A DNA stretch of 59,628 nucleotides. Origin: a virus. Lineage: Duplodnaviria > Caudoviricetes. The stretch lies in IMG/VR virus record IMGVR_UViG_3300034272_000911, positions 1 to 59,628 of that record; one strand, 5' to 3'. The notes under the pieces are model-generated. The model saw only the letters and a list, made by a program, of their open reading frames with translations, did not search any database and was not told the DNA's origin. Below, piece by piece: positions 27,301-34,895 of this stretch. Positions within the stretch are counted from its first letter, which is position 1; each line of letters begins with the position of its first letter. A program made the position numbers and the translations under genes.

Positions 27301-27922
27301 CAGCGAGAAGTTCTGGGCTTCGACCCGCGGCACCCTGTTCCAACAGCTGTCGAGCTACATGAACGACAGGACTGGCGGCACGGTCTGGTACAGCGGCGGC
27401 ATCGACGTCTCGCCCGAGACGCTGCGCTACGGGTACGGCTTCCTGACCGGCGGCGCTGGCGGTTTCGCACGCGACCTTGCCGACTCGATCTACCTCTCGA
27501 CTGAGGTCGGTCTGGACGCTGCCGTCGACAAGAACAAGATCCCCATCGTGCGGAGCTTCTACCAGCAGAACACGGGCAAGCAGAATCAGACCGAGTTCTT
27601 CAGGAACGCGGACGAAGCCGTGCGCGCCATGAAAGAGGCGAGCGACCTGTTCTACGCAGAGAAGGGGCGCGAGGAGAAGACCGCAGACCGGCTCCGAGAC
27701 CAGAGGCTGATCGCCGAGCTCGGCTACGCGGTGCAGAGCACGAAGCAGGCTCTAGCCGCCCACCGAGAGGAGGAGATCCGCATCGTCGAGCGGCGCACGA
27801 ACGGCAGCATCGACGCCGCGACTGCGGAGGAGATGCTCTCTCGGATCGCCAAGGAAAAGGACAAGCTCTACACGGACTTCAACCGCGAGTTCTACAGGGC
27901 GAACCCCAAGACCCCAGATTGA
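18317..27922 (+). CDS. Giant polyvalent virion/ejection protein (HExxH peptidase, zeta-toxin-like kinase, HhH-glycosylase-like, GNAT-like, MuF-C/PBECR-like, LPD38-like)
   Basis: 3201 aa. Motifs: WHELTH (~20250); INAD..AGGGGSGKG..IYDGT..R...GRTVP (~21140-21560); GPKIG..VTIDMWFMR..QALIW (~22910-23430); DGDIVSVF..GGRKLDAFDT..YADNGF..GEPDVVFM (~24040-24290); IADPIAVIKS..IASVYP (~24690-24860); VTVNFDRKG..YMFANA..IPMAYG..IDVSPE C-terminus. Confidence 0.85.
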   Translation: MMSSLDLLRSVLEEDPTVGTGEATQKNLRRAEAIRRESVPGQRGALSTLDDVLNSSPPEPAPVRAQAIPAATEPQQARGEYRASEFAGDAGRKLRGALVGGSLGVPQGIQEAAKGGLRAGISGESRPVPFARAVESGMNWIMDATGFLSYAEQAKKRDEAVATFDRLVSGAKIPGLEGLAEYGSRVQRDIESGISDEGKRRIEGSTPRGNILKGELSFGDDPTLSGYALQFAGVLGSMAPTIATAIATRSPRAAAAVGGGQAANEASSTAREYIGNLSDEQLTEVSPYYNTLIRTGMSPEEARQIVTDKAAETGAALQGMVAAVGSQITGKLVTGAYDNILRRVGRNGAGATAAGAAFGALEEGVQETAEGVASDVGIRSQITDKEIGTDSAANFVLGALGGAAVGGVSGARSTPASTLDSYLSGAIDGARSNPEAVTRQARMALDPNRDVALDPRANVRPADSELGDVAITPGAAPDQQSRTAVATQQDRPEDLQGGQPTGTQTVASAQQQGEPKSPSLQTLDQILNSSEESLLAQVDAQNQPPPAQPPAPNQSFVDAVESIKSDLGIDQSDTLSLTEVTDNTRLKRFKSALEGAFGVKVHFVDFGEQLTTGSGRQLGAFNGYRHNDTILVDAKDVDLINTTWHELTHVLETRHADVYAKLRDTLVPNLDPEIRQNLITALNQRRQAEVGRDLSQQELDSELVAYAVGDIMQNPESLGQMFDSFGDPSVAKQFRDIVMDILDNLVKVIRGPQYIREQQALVKARKSVISAFAEYQKREAQKQMGAAPAAQPTAAPAAAQVATPATPTAPAATPQGAPAAPVAQAPAATPTIRFPTAEDMEADASAGAAPTPNFTVSYATPQPTAVGQQRTAVSPSGSENEPTEQTAQPATTGSTAGENSSGGQFMRPADLKVTGEFAGEMFLRAVRESPAEMTGLYIDSFGREINADLARELSPIYQQNPAAFASYVHEGASALIKLVFDQLLATASSTDVVRFTAGGGGSGKGFALGTLNLVNDSTIIYDGTLSKLATATNLINKATAAGLTTEVYYINADAKWSFGNALKRGTTKGRTVPLEALAEAHFGAANVIRQLDGMYKGKILVRVINNTPAGATYGAIDDVPRYNLDELKGWMYEELDRRVKDGYPLNLAAGFAPDKYSVEGRIGEPAERNDGAVRGEVRRGDAAPRRERVEQPEQPAAPARADGRQEGVSQPSSAPETIPSGTETQQRQYGRKVDVSPEPKQPKKPEIKRAGRFSYEELPSGRIVVREQANRVRSLVSDIAKASKYDEDAIAFRAVDAAAVVEAMKNAPKADKKIARDIQRRLGLTDEELNATSLAFQTGEAGRRAFDTPFAGDLTDTVEYLQNRRLESGLRTLNLAEEADRETLAKLVTAEVLAAIGAGENAQEWYDATIAKLMSLAALKYPELATDREAQMAFRIAIAVSSQGLNVRDNIKFAMGVYADYRKDGKFPERGSGESAAKMAGNFALANDMIGRLGRNEFMRFLETPFTAGELRAMGHNVDELVDEMVLGSSIFGPKIGFGFYSNLSGNFEPVTIDMWFMRTIGRLIGALRAFDEERFADQLQTFRGSFEQTGNDGIYSSQFDPALVERAKTDREAAITLARLVDSAHERDFSANKESYKNKTRVKSRFVNAASAMIISLDKPKDAPASGGERRLLRDVVRKAVDMVKEAHGSRVPPAALQALIWYPEQELYKSLGVDLPVTSQDYAGAITKLLLEEGYDERELRAAAESGSRRARQASVADVEGRDQGARQENRGGGEGEGSRTLTRRERDRILVSRTIRRYRTGDAQAPRAYKRKSSGDDGRVRVLDTPVVAEYQPELVFKNRLGTIGKPAPKMYELSGGAALFRSSILSAKSASQFGAAVSVYDEAAYATMRLFLSEDGKSGFALKDDGDIVSVFSGTKGAANAMLQLAVDEGGRKLDAFDTILPEIYADNGFRTVARTPWDESQKEPDWDKSVFREFNNGEPDVVFMVYDPENASESGGERVASYGDGLDAQAAALESLPKPKPKSTGQFSRKLVELAANQAPGAPQLFGISETPTVLRAVGAPRQLFVMEGKNVAKVVNPSFTGRVSEEDGGVRRNAAGFVVQTARRIPLTVDEIYAVPRLIADPIAVIKSDGSKPGRRYGYKVIIGMVKDGFPVVAIVHPDVRYGDNRASEIASVYPVNEPNSLAEMNRELNSSSLVYFDKGKAMALAARIGRNLPSLAKITPTLAKTPNSVPSRTLPVIPNSNWMRKLEIGGTGDPVDPNTGFARRVPTPGNRFTLPARTRREQFVENLFENRMSRVEDIQQAVEQQGGTLSIADAQGNVLGSTDLSSAVQRMRGAVRGRLDRFKKEVEIPIIEEAAKAGVNLEEVAQYLYAVYAPERNAIIQQRNPTQFQIDGGSGMTNAEATQIVASFRARRNFADIQRIANRVRNISVMTQNLLLAEGLVEPQVVAQWRADSPNYVPLRGFEDFDESTGNPLGAGSFGRMDPRNPFARTAKGRETRAGQILENILKDYSDAVVLAEKNKVYRLLLQFVQTNPDPALWQVNAPKVSRSYYKGGMTPLGYVQGTVRIAFEVNEDPAQTIAVRVKGRPVFIRVQDEGMLEDLQLTGAIGSGEQAKLYFRVWSGVMQTLAKLRTTLSPAFVFIDAIRNTETGGFWNLVKYGPKVAGKAYARLFKSARVAWKAEREGTWQGNNDTITIREPGQPPRTITLKEAYDMFRADGGKVGFLDIKEIEDIQGEIQRMFRAAQVAGSLDPRTYGTQLVSMIGKVEDLMLDAAGSVEIAMRFATYMARLEAGANRQEATDAAKNVTVNFDRKGKWTPHLGLLYMFANANIQGTRATYNLIFKSGKAGLALGGALAALGYAIAQLGSGVSGDDDEPYWDKQLYKNTKIKSLLFFTPDGNTVTIPMAYGSGFFVNLGYALSDLQRGVPLAKVAAFMRDSFFTHFSPFGSLENPATFASPTLLDPFAVVNMNMTEQGIPLMPDSSFEPGKPDSEKFWASTRGTLFQQLSSYMNDRTGGTVWYSGGIDVSPETLRYGYGFLTGGAGGFARDLADSIYLSTEVGLDAAVDKNKIPIVRSFYQQNTGKQNQTEFFRNADEAVRAMKEASDLFYAEKGREEKTADRLRDQRLIAELGYAVQSTKQALAAHREEEIRIVERRTNGSIDAATAEEMLSRIAKEKDKLYTDFNREFYRANPKTPD
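21680..21685 (+). promoter_or_regulatory. Internal -10 element (TATAAT) upstream of nested ORF 1
   Basis: Perfect TATAAT 25 nt before ATG 21711, with an AAGGA RBS in between. No good -35. Confidence 0.5.
21711..21941 (+). CDS. Nested (+1 frame) 76-aa protein, candidate antitoxin for the zeta-like domain
   Basis: AAGGA RBS 7 nt upstream. The 3' half has phage-typical GC3 codons (MEQFEARYDEEMLRRVAS) while the main frame degenerates to R/G/E/P-rich linker. Confidence 0.6.
   Translation: MKNSTAGSKTDTRSTSPQASRPTSILSKVASESPPNETMEQFEARYDEEMLRRVASASNSPSNPLLRLAQMGAKKA
23529..23795 (+). CDS. Nested (+1 frame) 88-aa protein, candidate immunity protein for the glycosylase-like domain
   Basis: GAGG RBS 6 nt upstream; helical protein ending HPGLTREKAQAMMDEFGF; the main frame here is an R/G-rich linker. 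Confidence 0.7.
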   Translation: MNENSGQQPNLDQDAHDRRLLQMSREEIRELAKKTAEAVKAKGLARSPEGSETEFSSPGRFDAIERAMHKHPGLTREKAQAMMDEFGF

Positions 27923-28254
27923 CACAGGAGGAAACCGTGACGCTGAAGAGCGCCATACCGAAGAGCTTCCAGCTGTGCGGTCACCAGATCGCCGTCCGCA
28001 TCGTCCCGAAGCCGAAGTGGCAGTACAAAGGCGACGTCGGCTTCTGGGACTACGCGAACCTGAGGATCGATCTCGTCGCCGGGCAGCAGCCTAGCGTCGT
28101 GATGCAGACCTTCTGCCATGAGTGGGCGCACGCCATGCTGGAGATGATGGCTCACCCGCTCGCCCGAGATGAGCGATTCGTCGACCAGCTCGGACATCTG
28201 TTGCAACAGTCCCTCTCAACCTTCGAGTACCCCAATGCAGCCAAAGGCAAGTGA
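27919..28254 (+). CDS. Small HExxH zinc metallopeptidase-like protein
   Basis: QTFCHEWAHAML..DERFV; start may be GTG 27937 after GGAGG. Confidence 0.7.
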   Translation: MTQEETVTLKSAIPKSFQLCGHQIAVRIVPKPKWQYKGDVGFWDYANLRIDLVAGQQPSVVMQTFCHEWAHAMLEMMAHPLARDERFVDQLGHLLQQSLSTFEYPNAAKGK

Positions 28255-29335
28255 CGCAGAGATCATCGCAGCCCTGACCGCCAACCGCGGAGTCAGGGTT
28301 CTCGCCGCCCAGACCCTCGGGATCGCCCTGAGGACGCTCCAGTCGCGCATCATCGGGCTGAAGTCCAAGGGCGTCGCCATCCCCGAGTCGAGCTACCAAG
28401 GACACAAGGACTACCTCGCCCGCGTCGGCGACCCGCCGCCGAGACCGCCTCCGCAGCAGGAGCTGGAGTTCCCCCGCCTGCCGGACGGCAAGATCGACGT
28501 GCGCGAGCTCATCGAGCGGCGCAAGCGCGAGTTCGACCGCAAGGACGAGGCGGCTCAGGCGCGCAAGCTCATCCCCATCAAGGTCAAGACCGACCAGCCG
28601 ATCGCCGTCTGCCTGATGGGTGACCCGCACGTCGACGACCCCGGCACCGATCTGGGCGCTCTGGAGCGCGAGATGGAGGTCATCAAGGCGACCCCGGGCA
28701 TGTACGCCGGGTGCGTCGGAGACCTCCAGAACAACTGGATAGGGCGTCTGGCGAGGCTCTACGCGGAGCAGGAGACCACGGCGAGCCAGTCATGGCAGCT
28801 GGTCGAGTGGTTCGTGAACGACCTGTCCGGCAAGTGGCTGTTCATGGTCTCGGGGAACCATGACCACTGGGCGGGGTCAGGCGACCCGCTGCGCTGGATC
28901 CAGCGGCAGGCGGCGGTCGACATGACCGGCGACCACACCGTCAGGCTCGCCCTGCGGTTCGCGAACGGCGCGGAAGTCCGCATCGTCGCCCGGCACGACT
29001 TCCCCGGGAACAGCATGTGGAACCCCAGCCACGGGCAGCTGCGCGCCGCCCACCTGACCCACCACGACCACGTGCTGGTCTCGGGTCACAAGCACACCGG
29101 GGGCTACCAGCTCATCCGTGTGCCAGCCACGGGGATGCTCGCCCACTGCCTCCAGCTCGGCGCCTACAAGCGCCACGACGCCTACGCGGACGCGCTGGGG
29201 CTCCCGCCGCGGATGATCTCCCCCAGCGCCACGGTCATCATCGACCCGAAGGCGAACGAGCTCGGGATCGTCAGGGTGGAGCACGACATCGAAGCGGCGG
29301 CAGACTGGCTCACGTGGAGGCGAAGACGGGCGTAG
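28235..29335 (+). CDS. Calcineurin-like metallophosphoesterase with N-terminal HTH
   Basis: GDPH, GDLQN, GNHD, RH, GHKH motifs; N-terminal AAQTLGIALRTL HTH. Confidence 0.85.
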   Translation: MQPKASDAEIIAALTANRGVRVLAAQTLGIALRTLQSRIIGLKSKGVAIPESSYQGHKDYLARVGDPPPRPPPQQELEFPRLPDGKIDVRELIERRKREFDRKDEAAQARKLIPIKVKTDQPIAVCLMGDPHVDDPGTDLGALEREMEVIKATPGMYAGCVGDLQNNWIGRLARLYAEQETTASQSWQLVEWFVNDLSGKWLFMVSGNHDHWAGSGDPLRWIQRQAAVDMTGDHTVRLALRFANGAEVRIVARHDFPGNSMWNPSHGQLRAAHLTHHDHVLVSGHKHTGGYQLIRVPATGMLAHCLQLGAYKRHDAYADALGLPPRMISPSATVIIDPKANELGIVRVEHDIEAAADWLTWRRRRA

Positions 29336-29384
29336 CGTGGGTACGCGGACGCCGCAAGTTGTTGAAACGCAACACAACGCCTTC

Positions 29385-29431
29385 GCCTGTCACGCCGGGG
29401 GTCGCGGGTTCGAGTCCCGTCCACTCCGCCA
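29385..29431 (+). other. attP: attP core = 3' half of tRNA-Asp(GTC)
   Basis: gcctgtcacgccgggggtcgcgggttcgagtcccgtccactccgcca covers anticodon loop, T arm and CCA. The 5' half is absent. Lies just past the integrase 3' end. Confidence 0.9.
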
Positions 29432-29488
29432 CTTTCTGTTCGGGTGCACCCCATAAACGCACAGGCAGATCCGTCCCCCCTGTGGGGG

Positions 29489-30502
29489 CTACGCTGCCAC
29501 ACCTCCCACGCTTTCCCCACGCACCCCCACAGCTGTTGGGATGCTGTTCCCGACGTACTGCCGCGTCCCCTCCGCGGCGAGGTGGGCGTACCGGTTCACC
29601 ATCTCCAGACTCGCCCAGCCGCCCAGCGCCTTGAGCGTGAGCAGCGGCGTCCCGTTCATGGCGTGGTACGAAGCGAAGGTGTGCCTCAGGTCGTGCCAGC
29701 GGAAGTCGTCGATCCCGGCTCGCTTGAGGGCTTTCCTCCACGCCGTGGTGTTCGCCCTGCCGACCGGATGCCCGTCGTAGGTGAACACGTAGATCGGGTG
29801 CTGCCCCTGCTCGCCCTTCAGGATGGCGACCGCTGACTCGCTCAGCGGGATGCCGTGATCGCGCCCGGACTTGTAGTCCGACGACGCCACCCACAGCAGC
29901 CTGCGGTCGAGGTCGACCCTGTTCCACTTGAGTCCGGTGACGTTCGACATCCTGAGCCCAGTCAGGACGGAGAACTCAGCCATGACCTTCAAGTGGTGAG
30001 GCAGCTCGTCCATGAGCCTGCCGAATTCCTGCTCCGACAAGAACCGCACCCTACGGTTGCTGACCTTGTACGGCTTCATCTTCACCGGGTTTGCAGGAAC
30101 CCACTTCCATTCAACAGCCCTGTTGAACAGCGACTTCACGAACTTCAGGTAGTGGTTGGCGTTCGACGCCGTGGTCTCGGCTTTCTTCAGCTCGACCACC
30201 GCTCGCACTTCGTCTTCCGTGATGGTCGCGAACACCTTCCCCGCCCAATGCCCGTTCAGCCACCGCACCATCGACTCGTCCCGGTCAAGGGACTTCTTGT
30301 CGGTGCGTTCGCGCAGCCACCTCTCCGATGCGTCCTCCCACGTTGGAAGCTTGGAATGCCCAGCCTTCAACTGCGAGACGCGCATCGCGTGGTACAGCTT
30401 CGCTTTTTCACGGTCTCCCGTACCCGTGGATTCACGGATTCGTTTCCCGTCTGGATCACGCACTTCGATCCAGTAGACGCTGCCTCTCAGGTACATGCTC
30501 AT
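29489..30502 (-). CDS. int: Tyrosine integrase
   Basis: TGLRMSNV, HDLRHTFAS, LGGWASLEMVNRYAHL; AGGAG RBS before ATG 30502. Confidence 0.95.
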   Translation of the reverse strand: MSMYLRGSVYWIEVRDPDGKRIRESTGTGDREKAKLYHAMRVSQLKAGHSKLPTWEDASERWLRERTDKKSLDRDESMVRWLNGHWAGKVFATITEDEVRAVVELKKAETTASNANHYLKFVKSLFNRAVEWKWVPANPVKMKPYKVSNRRVRFLSEQEFGRLMDELPHHLKVMAEFSVLTGLRMSNVTGLKWNRVDLDRRLLWVASSDYKSGRDHGIPLSESAVAILKGEQGQHPIYVFTYDGHPVGRANTTAWRKALKRAGIDDFRWHDLRHTFASYHAMNGTPLLTLKALGGWASLEMVNRYAHLAAEGTRQYVGNSIPTAVGVRGESVGGVAA

Positions 30503-30545
30503 GTGAACTCCTAGCGCAGCGTCCACGTACCCGGGCGGGACAATA

Positions 30546-30917
30546 TCACAGCTTCGCCCTTCTCAAAAATACCGGCGTGTATTCGCCGACCCAAGCGCCC
30601 GTGACGTTGAAGGACATGTACTCCTCGGCTTCTTCGTGGCTCATGCCGTCGCGGCTCTTCAGGATCTCGACGCACTTCGCGTAGTCGTACACGGCGATCA
30701 TCCTGCTGAACTGCTGTCCGTATCCGATGAACGCATCCTCAAAGCCGTCAGCGTGAAGGGTCTGCTCGTCCGGCTCGACCTCGCAGCACTCGTCTACGGG
30801 GTCGTCGTGATCGCCAGCCACGTCACCAGAGCCAGCCACAGGATCGCCACGATCCTGCACATGATCTCGCTGGTCTTGTCCCAGTTCATCGTGATTCTCC
30901 TTGCTGTCAGCGCCCAC
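30546..30917 (-). CDS. Conserved phage hypothetical protein (start uncertain)
   Basis: ADGFEDAFIG..AVYD..EAEEYMSFNVTGAWVGEYTPVF. Confidence 0.65.
   Translation of the reverse strand: MGADSKENHDELGQDQRDHVQDRGDPVAGSGDVAGDHDDPVDECCEVEPDEQTLHADGFEDAFIGYGQQFSRMIAVYDYAKCVEILKSRDGMSHEEAEEYMSFNVTGAWVGEYTPVFLRRAKL
30794..30889 (-). CDS. 31-aa single-TM peptide
   Basis: AAGGAG RBS; MNWDKTSEIMCRIVAILWLALVTWLAITTTP. Confidence 0.5.
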   Translation of the reverse strand: MNWDKTSEIMCRIVAILWLALVTWLAITTTP

Positions 30918-31128
30918 GCGGGTCTACCCCAGCCAGCCATGAAACGTACCATGCTGCCTTGCCAGCCTCCTGCTCTGGCGCGTCTTTGCGCCCCATCCTC
31001 CACAGGTAGGCGATCGCCGTTCCCTTGCAGAACCCGCGGAACTCTTCCGGCGTCAGAGACGATCGGAGCGCGTCGATGCACTCGATGTTGCCCTGCTTGT
31101 AGTGGTCTGGGTTGATTGCGTCTTTCAT
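30907..31128 (-). CDS. DUF3310 (SaV/gp1.7-like) protein
   Basis: INPDHYKQGNIECIDA..GFCKGTAIAYLWRMGRK..KAAWY. Confidence 0.85.
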   Translation of the reverse strand: MKDAINPDHYKQGNIECIDALRSSLTPEEFRGFCKGTAIAYLWRMGRKDAPEQEAGKAAWYVSWLAGVDPRGR

Positions 31129-33941
31129 TTTCTACTCCTCGCACGAATGAAGTCCATCAGCTGCATCAGACCAAACGGCAGGTTATGCCCGGCGTACGAT
31201 CTATGAACCCTCTCGCAGTGGGCGAGGATTGCCTCCCGCTCAGCCTCGACCGCTGCCGCCACCTCGCGCCGCCTGTTCACGCACAACGGCTTCTGGCAGT
31301 CAGGGGGGCAGGTGTGGATGTGCTCCGGCTCCGCAAGCGCGGCTGCGGGTGGGGCGGTGTAGAGGAGGCGGTACTCAACCTCAAATCCCTGCGAGTCAAT
31401 TTCCCACGCAGGACGGTTTCTTACACTACACTCGTGCCACTTGCCCCAATTTGGCGAGCCTTTTTGTGGACGCCTAAATCTGTGCTGTGCAAGCACAGGC
31501 TCCGGCTTCTGCTCCGGCTCCGCGAGCGCGGCTTCAAGCATCACGCGCACCAGTCGCCCCTGCGCCGCCCACGCGCTGAGGTCGGTCGGCTTTGCTGTCA
31601 GCCAGTCGATGGCGATGGTGAGCGCGGACTTCTTGAACGAGGTCATTGTTCTCTCCTGTGTACCCATACTTCGGCCCCGGTGTCGGGATCGCGGTAGTTC
31701 AGTTCGGGGTTGCACCAGCAAGGGCTTCCGTCCGTGATGTGCTCGCGGTATGATTTGCCCGTTGAGACCTCGATCTCTCCTCGGGCCGGGATGCCAGTCT
31801 CGGCCCGTTCTTTTTCCGGCTCCGCGAGCGCGGCGTCAAGGGCGGCGCGGGCTAGCTTGGCGGTCGCGGGTTCATAGGTCGAGGTTTCGATGCCCTCAAG
31901 CGCATCCACCAACTTCGCGTTCATCGCGTGTAGGCGGCGCAATTCGTCGGCACTCACGGCTTCACCTCCTGCTCTGCTTTGGTGATTGCGGCTCGGGCTT
32001 TTTCAAGCCTCTCGCGCTCGGTCATCGTGTGCGCGTCATCGACAAACAGCCGCAACGCCTCCAACAGCTCCGCGTTCACCTTCAGAAGCCGCTCGTTCTC
32101 GTCCTGCGCCTCTGTCTTCCACTTCATCTGAAGGAAGACCTGAGCCTTTAGCTGCTTGTTATCGGCGCCGAGCCGCTCGACCTGCTCGCCAAGTTTCTTG
32201 ATGATCCACAGCCGGTCAGCCGCGAGCTTGTGAGCCGCGATTTTCTCAGGCGAAATGCTCACGGCTTCAGTCCCTGTCAAGCATCTTCTTGACCTGCTCT
32301 TCGGTGAGCGGCGGGATTTCGATGAGCCAGCCCCGAGCGTGGAACTCATCGAACGCCGCAGCCGAGATGTCGCAGGCTCTCTTTGCCGCCTCCACCGCGC
32401 TCAGAGTCCGCGCTTTCTGGCGTCCGGCGCTGTCCTCGCCATCATCCTGAGCCGCGACCAGTGCGAACTGGGTCATCAGCCGCATCGCAAAATCCGCTTG
32501 CGCGGACGGAGCGTGAGAGTGCTGGAAGTGCGCCCGTGCCTCGCCGTCGAAGCCGATACGAGTGACGATGTGAGTAGTCTTCATGCTGTCTCCTTAACGG
32601 TGTGATTGTGGTAGTAGATAGCGATCACGAAAGAACCGCCTTCCTCGGTGCGAACGCCAGATTGACGAACGCCATGTCTCGCGGGTTTTCGCAGGGGTGG
32701 ATAGTCTCGACCCGGTAACGGGTGCGTCCATCGGGCGCGGACGGGTCGGAAAGCAGCAGGAACTCGCCGACCTTGGGCATCGGGGTAGCCCATATCGCGC
32801 ACTTCAACTGCTGCCCCTGATTGAAGACGCCGACGATGTTGTAGTTGCGTCCCCACGCTTTGGACGATAGGTCATGCTCTTTGGCGGCGCTCACAGCTTT
32901 ACCTTCCGCGCCGCGAGCATGCAGTCAGCAATCTCGTAGGAGTCAGCCGCCATAACGGCAACCTCGCCAAGCCCGTACTTCGCCAGCAACCCGTTCAACG
33001 CTGCCATCGCGAGCTCGTCGCGCAGTCGTTCCAACTCGTCCCGCTTGCGGTCGGCTTCGGTGGGTACAGGCACGGCGTACTCTTTGGCGTTACTCATGGC
33101 TTCATCGCCCGGATCACGATGGGCGGCGCTTGGCTTTTTCGTTTGCTGGCGCAGTACTTCCGAGATGTCGTATCCCTCAAAGTCTTCGATGAAAACGCCG
33201 TGACCAAATGCGCGTTCTCGCCTGCAACGCGGACAGTCAATCGCGCACTTCAGCAGCTTGTTCTCCCACATTGGAATGGCGTACCCGCAGCCGAAGCAGG
33301 TGGCATAGCGCGTGCTCATGCTTTCCCCTCGTTGAGCAGCTCGTAGAACTGTGCTTTAGCGCGCTGCTTTTCCTGAAGCGCGCGATGCAGCGCGTCGACC
33401 CAGCACTGCGGCGCGGCGCTGTCGTGGAACACGATCTCCGTCCCGTACTCGGGGTGACCGTGGATGTTGATGCAGTCCTCAAGGCTGCTCCAGATCGACG
33501 TCGATCGACATGCCGTCATCCACCGGATCGCCACGCTGCCATCCGTGAACACGACGCCCTCGAACTGCGGTTCGTGGTCGGCGTTCTTCTGGAGGTGGTT
33601 GTGGGTATCGCGCTGGCTGATGTTCCGGCGGTACGCGGTGAAGCGACTCATGGCGGTCTTCGCAGTCTTATTGGCGCTGCGACTGTTCAACAGCTCAAGC
33701 TGCGCCGCATACGACGCGCAGCGCTCCATCAGCTCCTTGCATGTGCGCTGGTACTCCTCAGGCGAGTGCGAGCGCGAGAGCCATTCCTTGTCGATGTCGT
33801 CGAGTTCGATGGTCACTTTCTTGTCCTCCAGCAGGCAACGATGAATCTGATCAAGCCGATCGCGAACGCGATGCCCCACAGCAGCACGACCGCGACGACC
33901 GCGGCGGCGATGAAATCTGCGATCTCCTGCGTTCGCTCCAT
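31125..33941 (-). CDS. Run of ~8 small coupled early genes of unknown function (31125-31646, 31643-31957, 31954-32262, 32267-32584, 32625-32894, 32891-33319, 33316-~33816, 33813-33941)
   Basis: Overlapping start/stop codons; typical lambdoid early motifs (LEKARAAITKA, LRDELAMAALNGLLA..AADSYEIADCML, FEGVVFTDGSVAIRW..IHGH). Confidence 0.65.
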
Positions 33942-34052
33942 GATTCTTGGCTGATTGCAGTACGGGTCAGCCGCTCCGTTTAGTTTCCAGACTGCATCTG
34001 GGTTAAGTGCCGCAGCCCCGCGACAAGGGGGGGTCAGAGCCACGGCACCAAT

Positions 34053-34895
34053 TCAGAAGGGGACGTTCTCCTTGTGAGCCTTCCACACCGGACAGCCGTG
34101 ACTGACGTTGCAGTAGCTCTCGCAGCGCGTGTACTCGCCCGTCCGCGTTTCGATGAAGTGCTTGTCCTTGCCAGCCTCGACGAGCGCGGCTTCGGCTTCC
34201 GACAGACTGTCGAACAGCTTCAGCGCCCTCTTGGCGCCGCCCTTCTTCAGGGCGAACACGGGCGGCTTGAGCCAGCGGTCTTCGTCGGTGCAGGGGTCAG
34301 GCGTCTCATGCTGGTGGAGCTTCACCCGCTCCAGCATGAATTCCTCTGCGCGAGCGAGATCCCACACGGGGATCTCCACCACAGCGACGGGCAGCTGCGG
34401 GTACTCAGGGTCGCGCTTCGCCTGCTTCTTCGACCAGTCGCGGAGCAGGGCGACGTTCCGCAGCCCCGTGACTTCCATGCCGTTGCGAACAGCGAGGGCG
34501 CGCAACAGGTTCAACTGCTGTTCCCACTCCGTCTTCGGTTCGTCGCCCTTCACCGACCAGACGGTGGTGAACTTGTAGTCCATGAGGATGCCGCCCTCAA
34601 AGAGGTCGTACGCGCCGGACACAGTCCAGCCGTTGACCTCCGAGAACAGGCGCCGCTCGACGTTGAGCCCGGCGCGGATGCCGGAGCGCTCCAAGATCCC
34701 GTGGACGATCTGTCCGTACAGGGAGAACAGCCGTTCGGAGACGTCTTCGATCTGCTCGACATCGTCGCGCAGCTTGCGCTGGTACGGCGGCGAGATCAGC
34801 TGGGTCACGCTGACGTCGCTCTCGCCGCGACTGTATGGGTCGTTCATCACCGCGAGCACGATCGACTCGGGGAGATTGAGCTTGTTGGTCAGCAT
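34053..34895 (-). CDS. PD-(D/E)XK exonuclease (RecB/Cas4-like), recombination
   Basis: SVTQL..GQIVHGILE..VERR..SGAYD..DYK..QLN; C-terminal Cys cluster RCESYCNVSHGC. Confidence 0.8.
   Translation of the reverse strand: MLTNKLNLPESIVLAVMNDPYSRGESDVSVTQLISPPYQRKLRDDVEQIEDVSERLFSLYGQIVHGILERSGIRAGLNVERRLFSEVNGWTVSGAYDLFEGGILMDYKFTTVWSVKGDEPKTEWEQQLNLLRALAVRNGMEVTGLRNVALLRDWSKKQAKRDPEYPQLPVAVVEIPVWDLARAEEFMLERVKLHQHETPDPCTDEDRWLKPPVFALKKGGAKRALKLFDSLSEAEAALVEAGKDKHFIETRTGEYTRCESYCNVSHGCPVWKAHKENVPF

Noticed and set aside
29340-29431. Full tRNA-Asp gene
   Set aside because: The 5' acceptor strand and D arm are missing; this is the attP core only.
34053-34895. CRISPR-Cas association of the Cas4-like nuclease
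   Set aside because: No repeat-spacer array or other cas genes; its position near the SSB gene indicates recombination.
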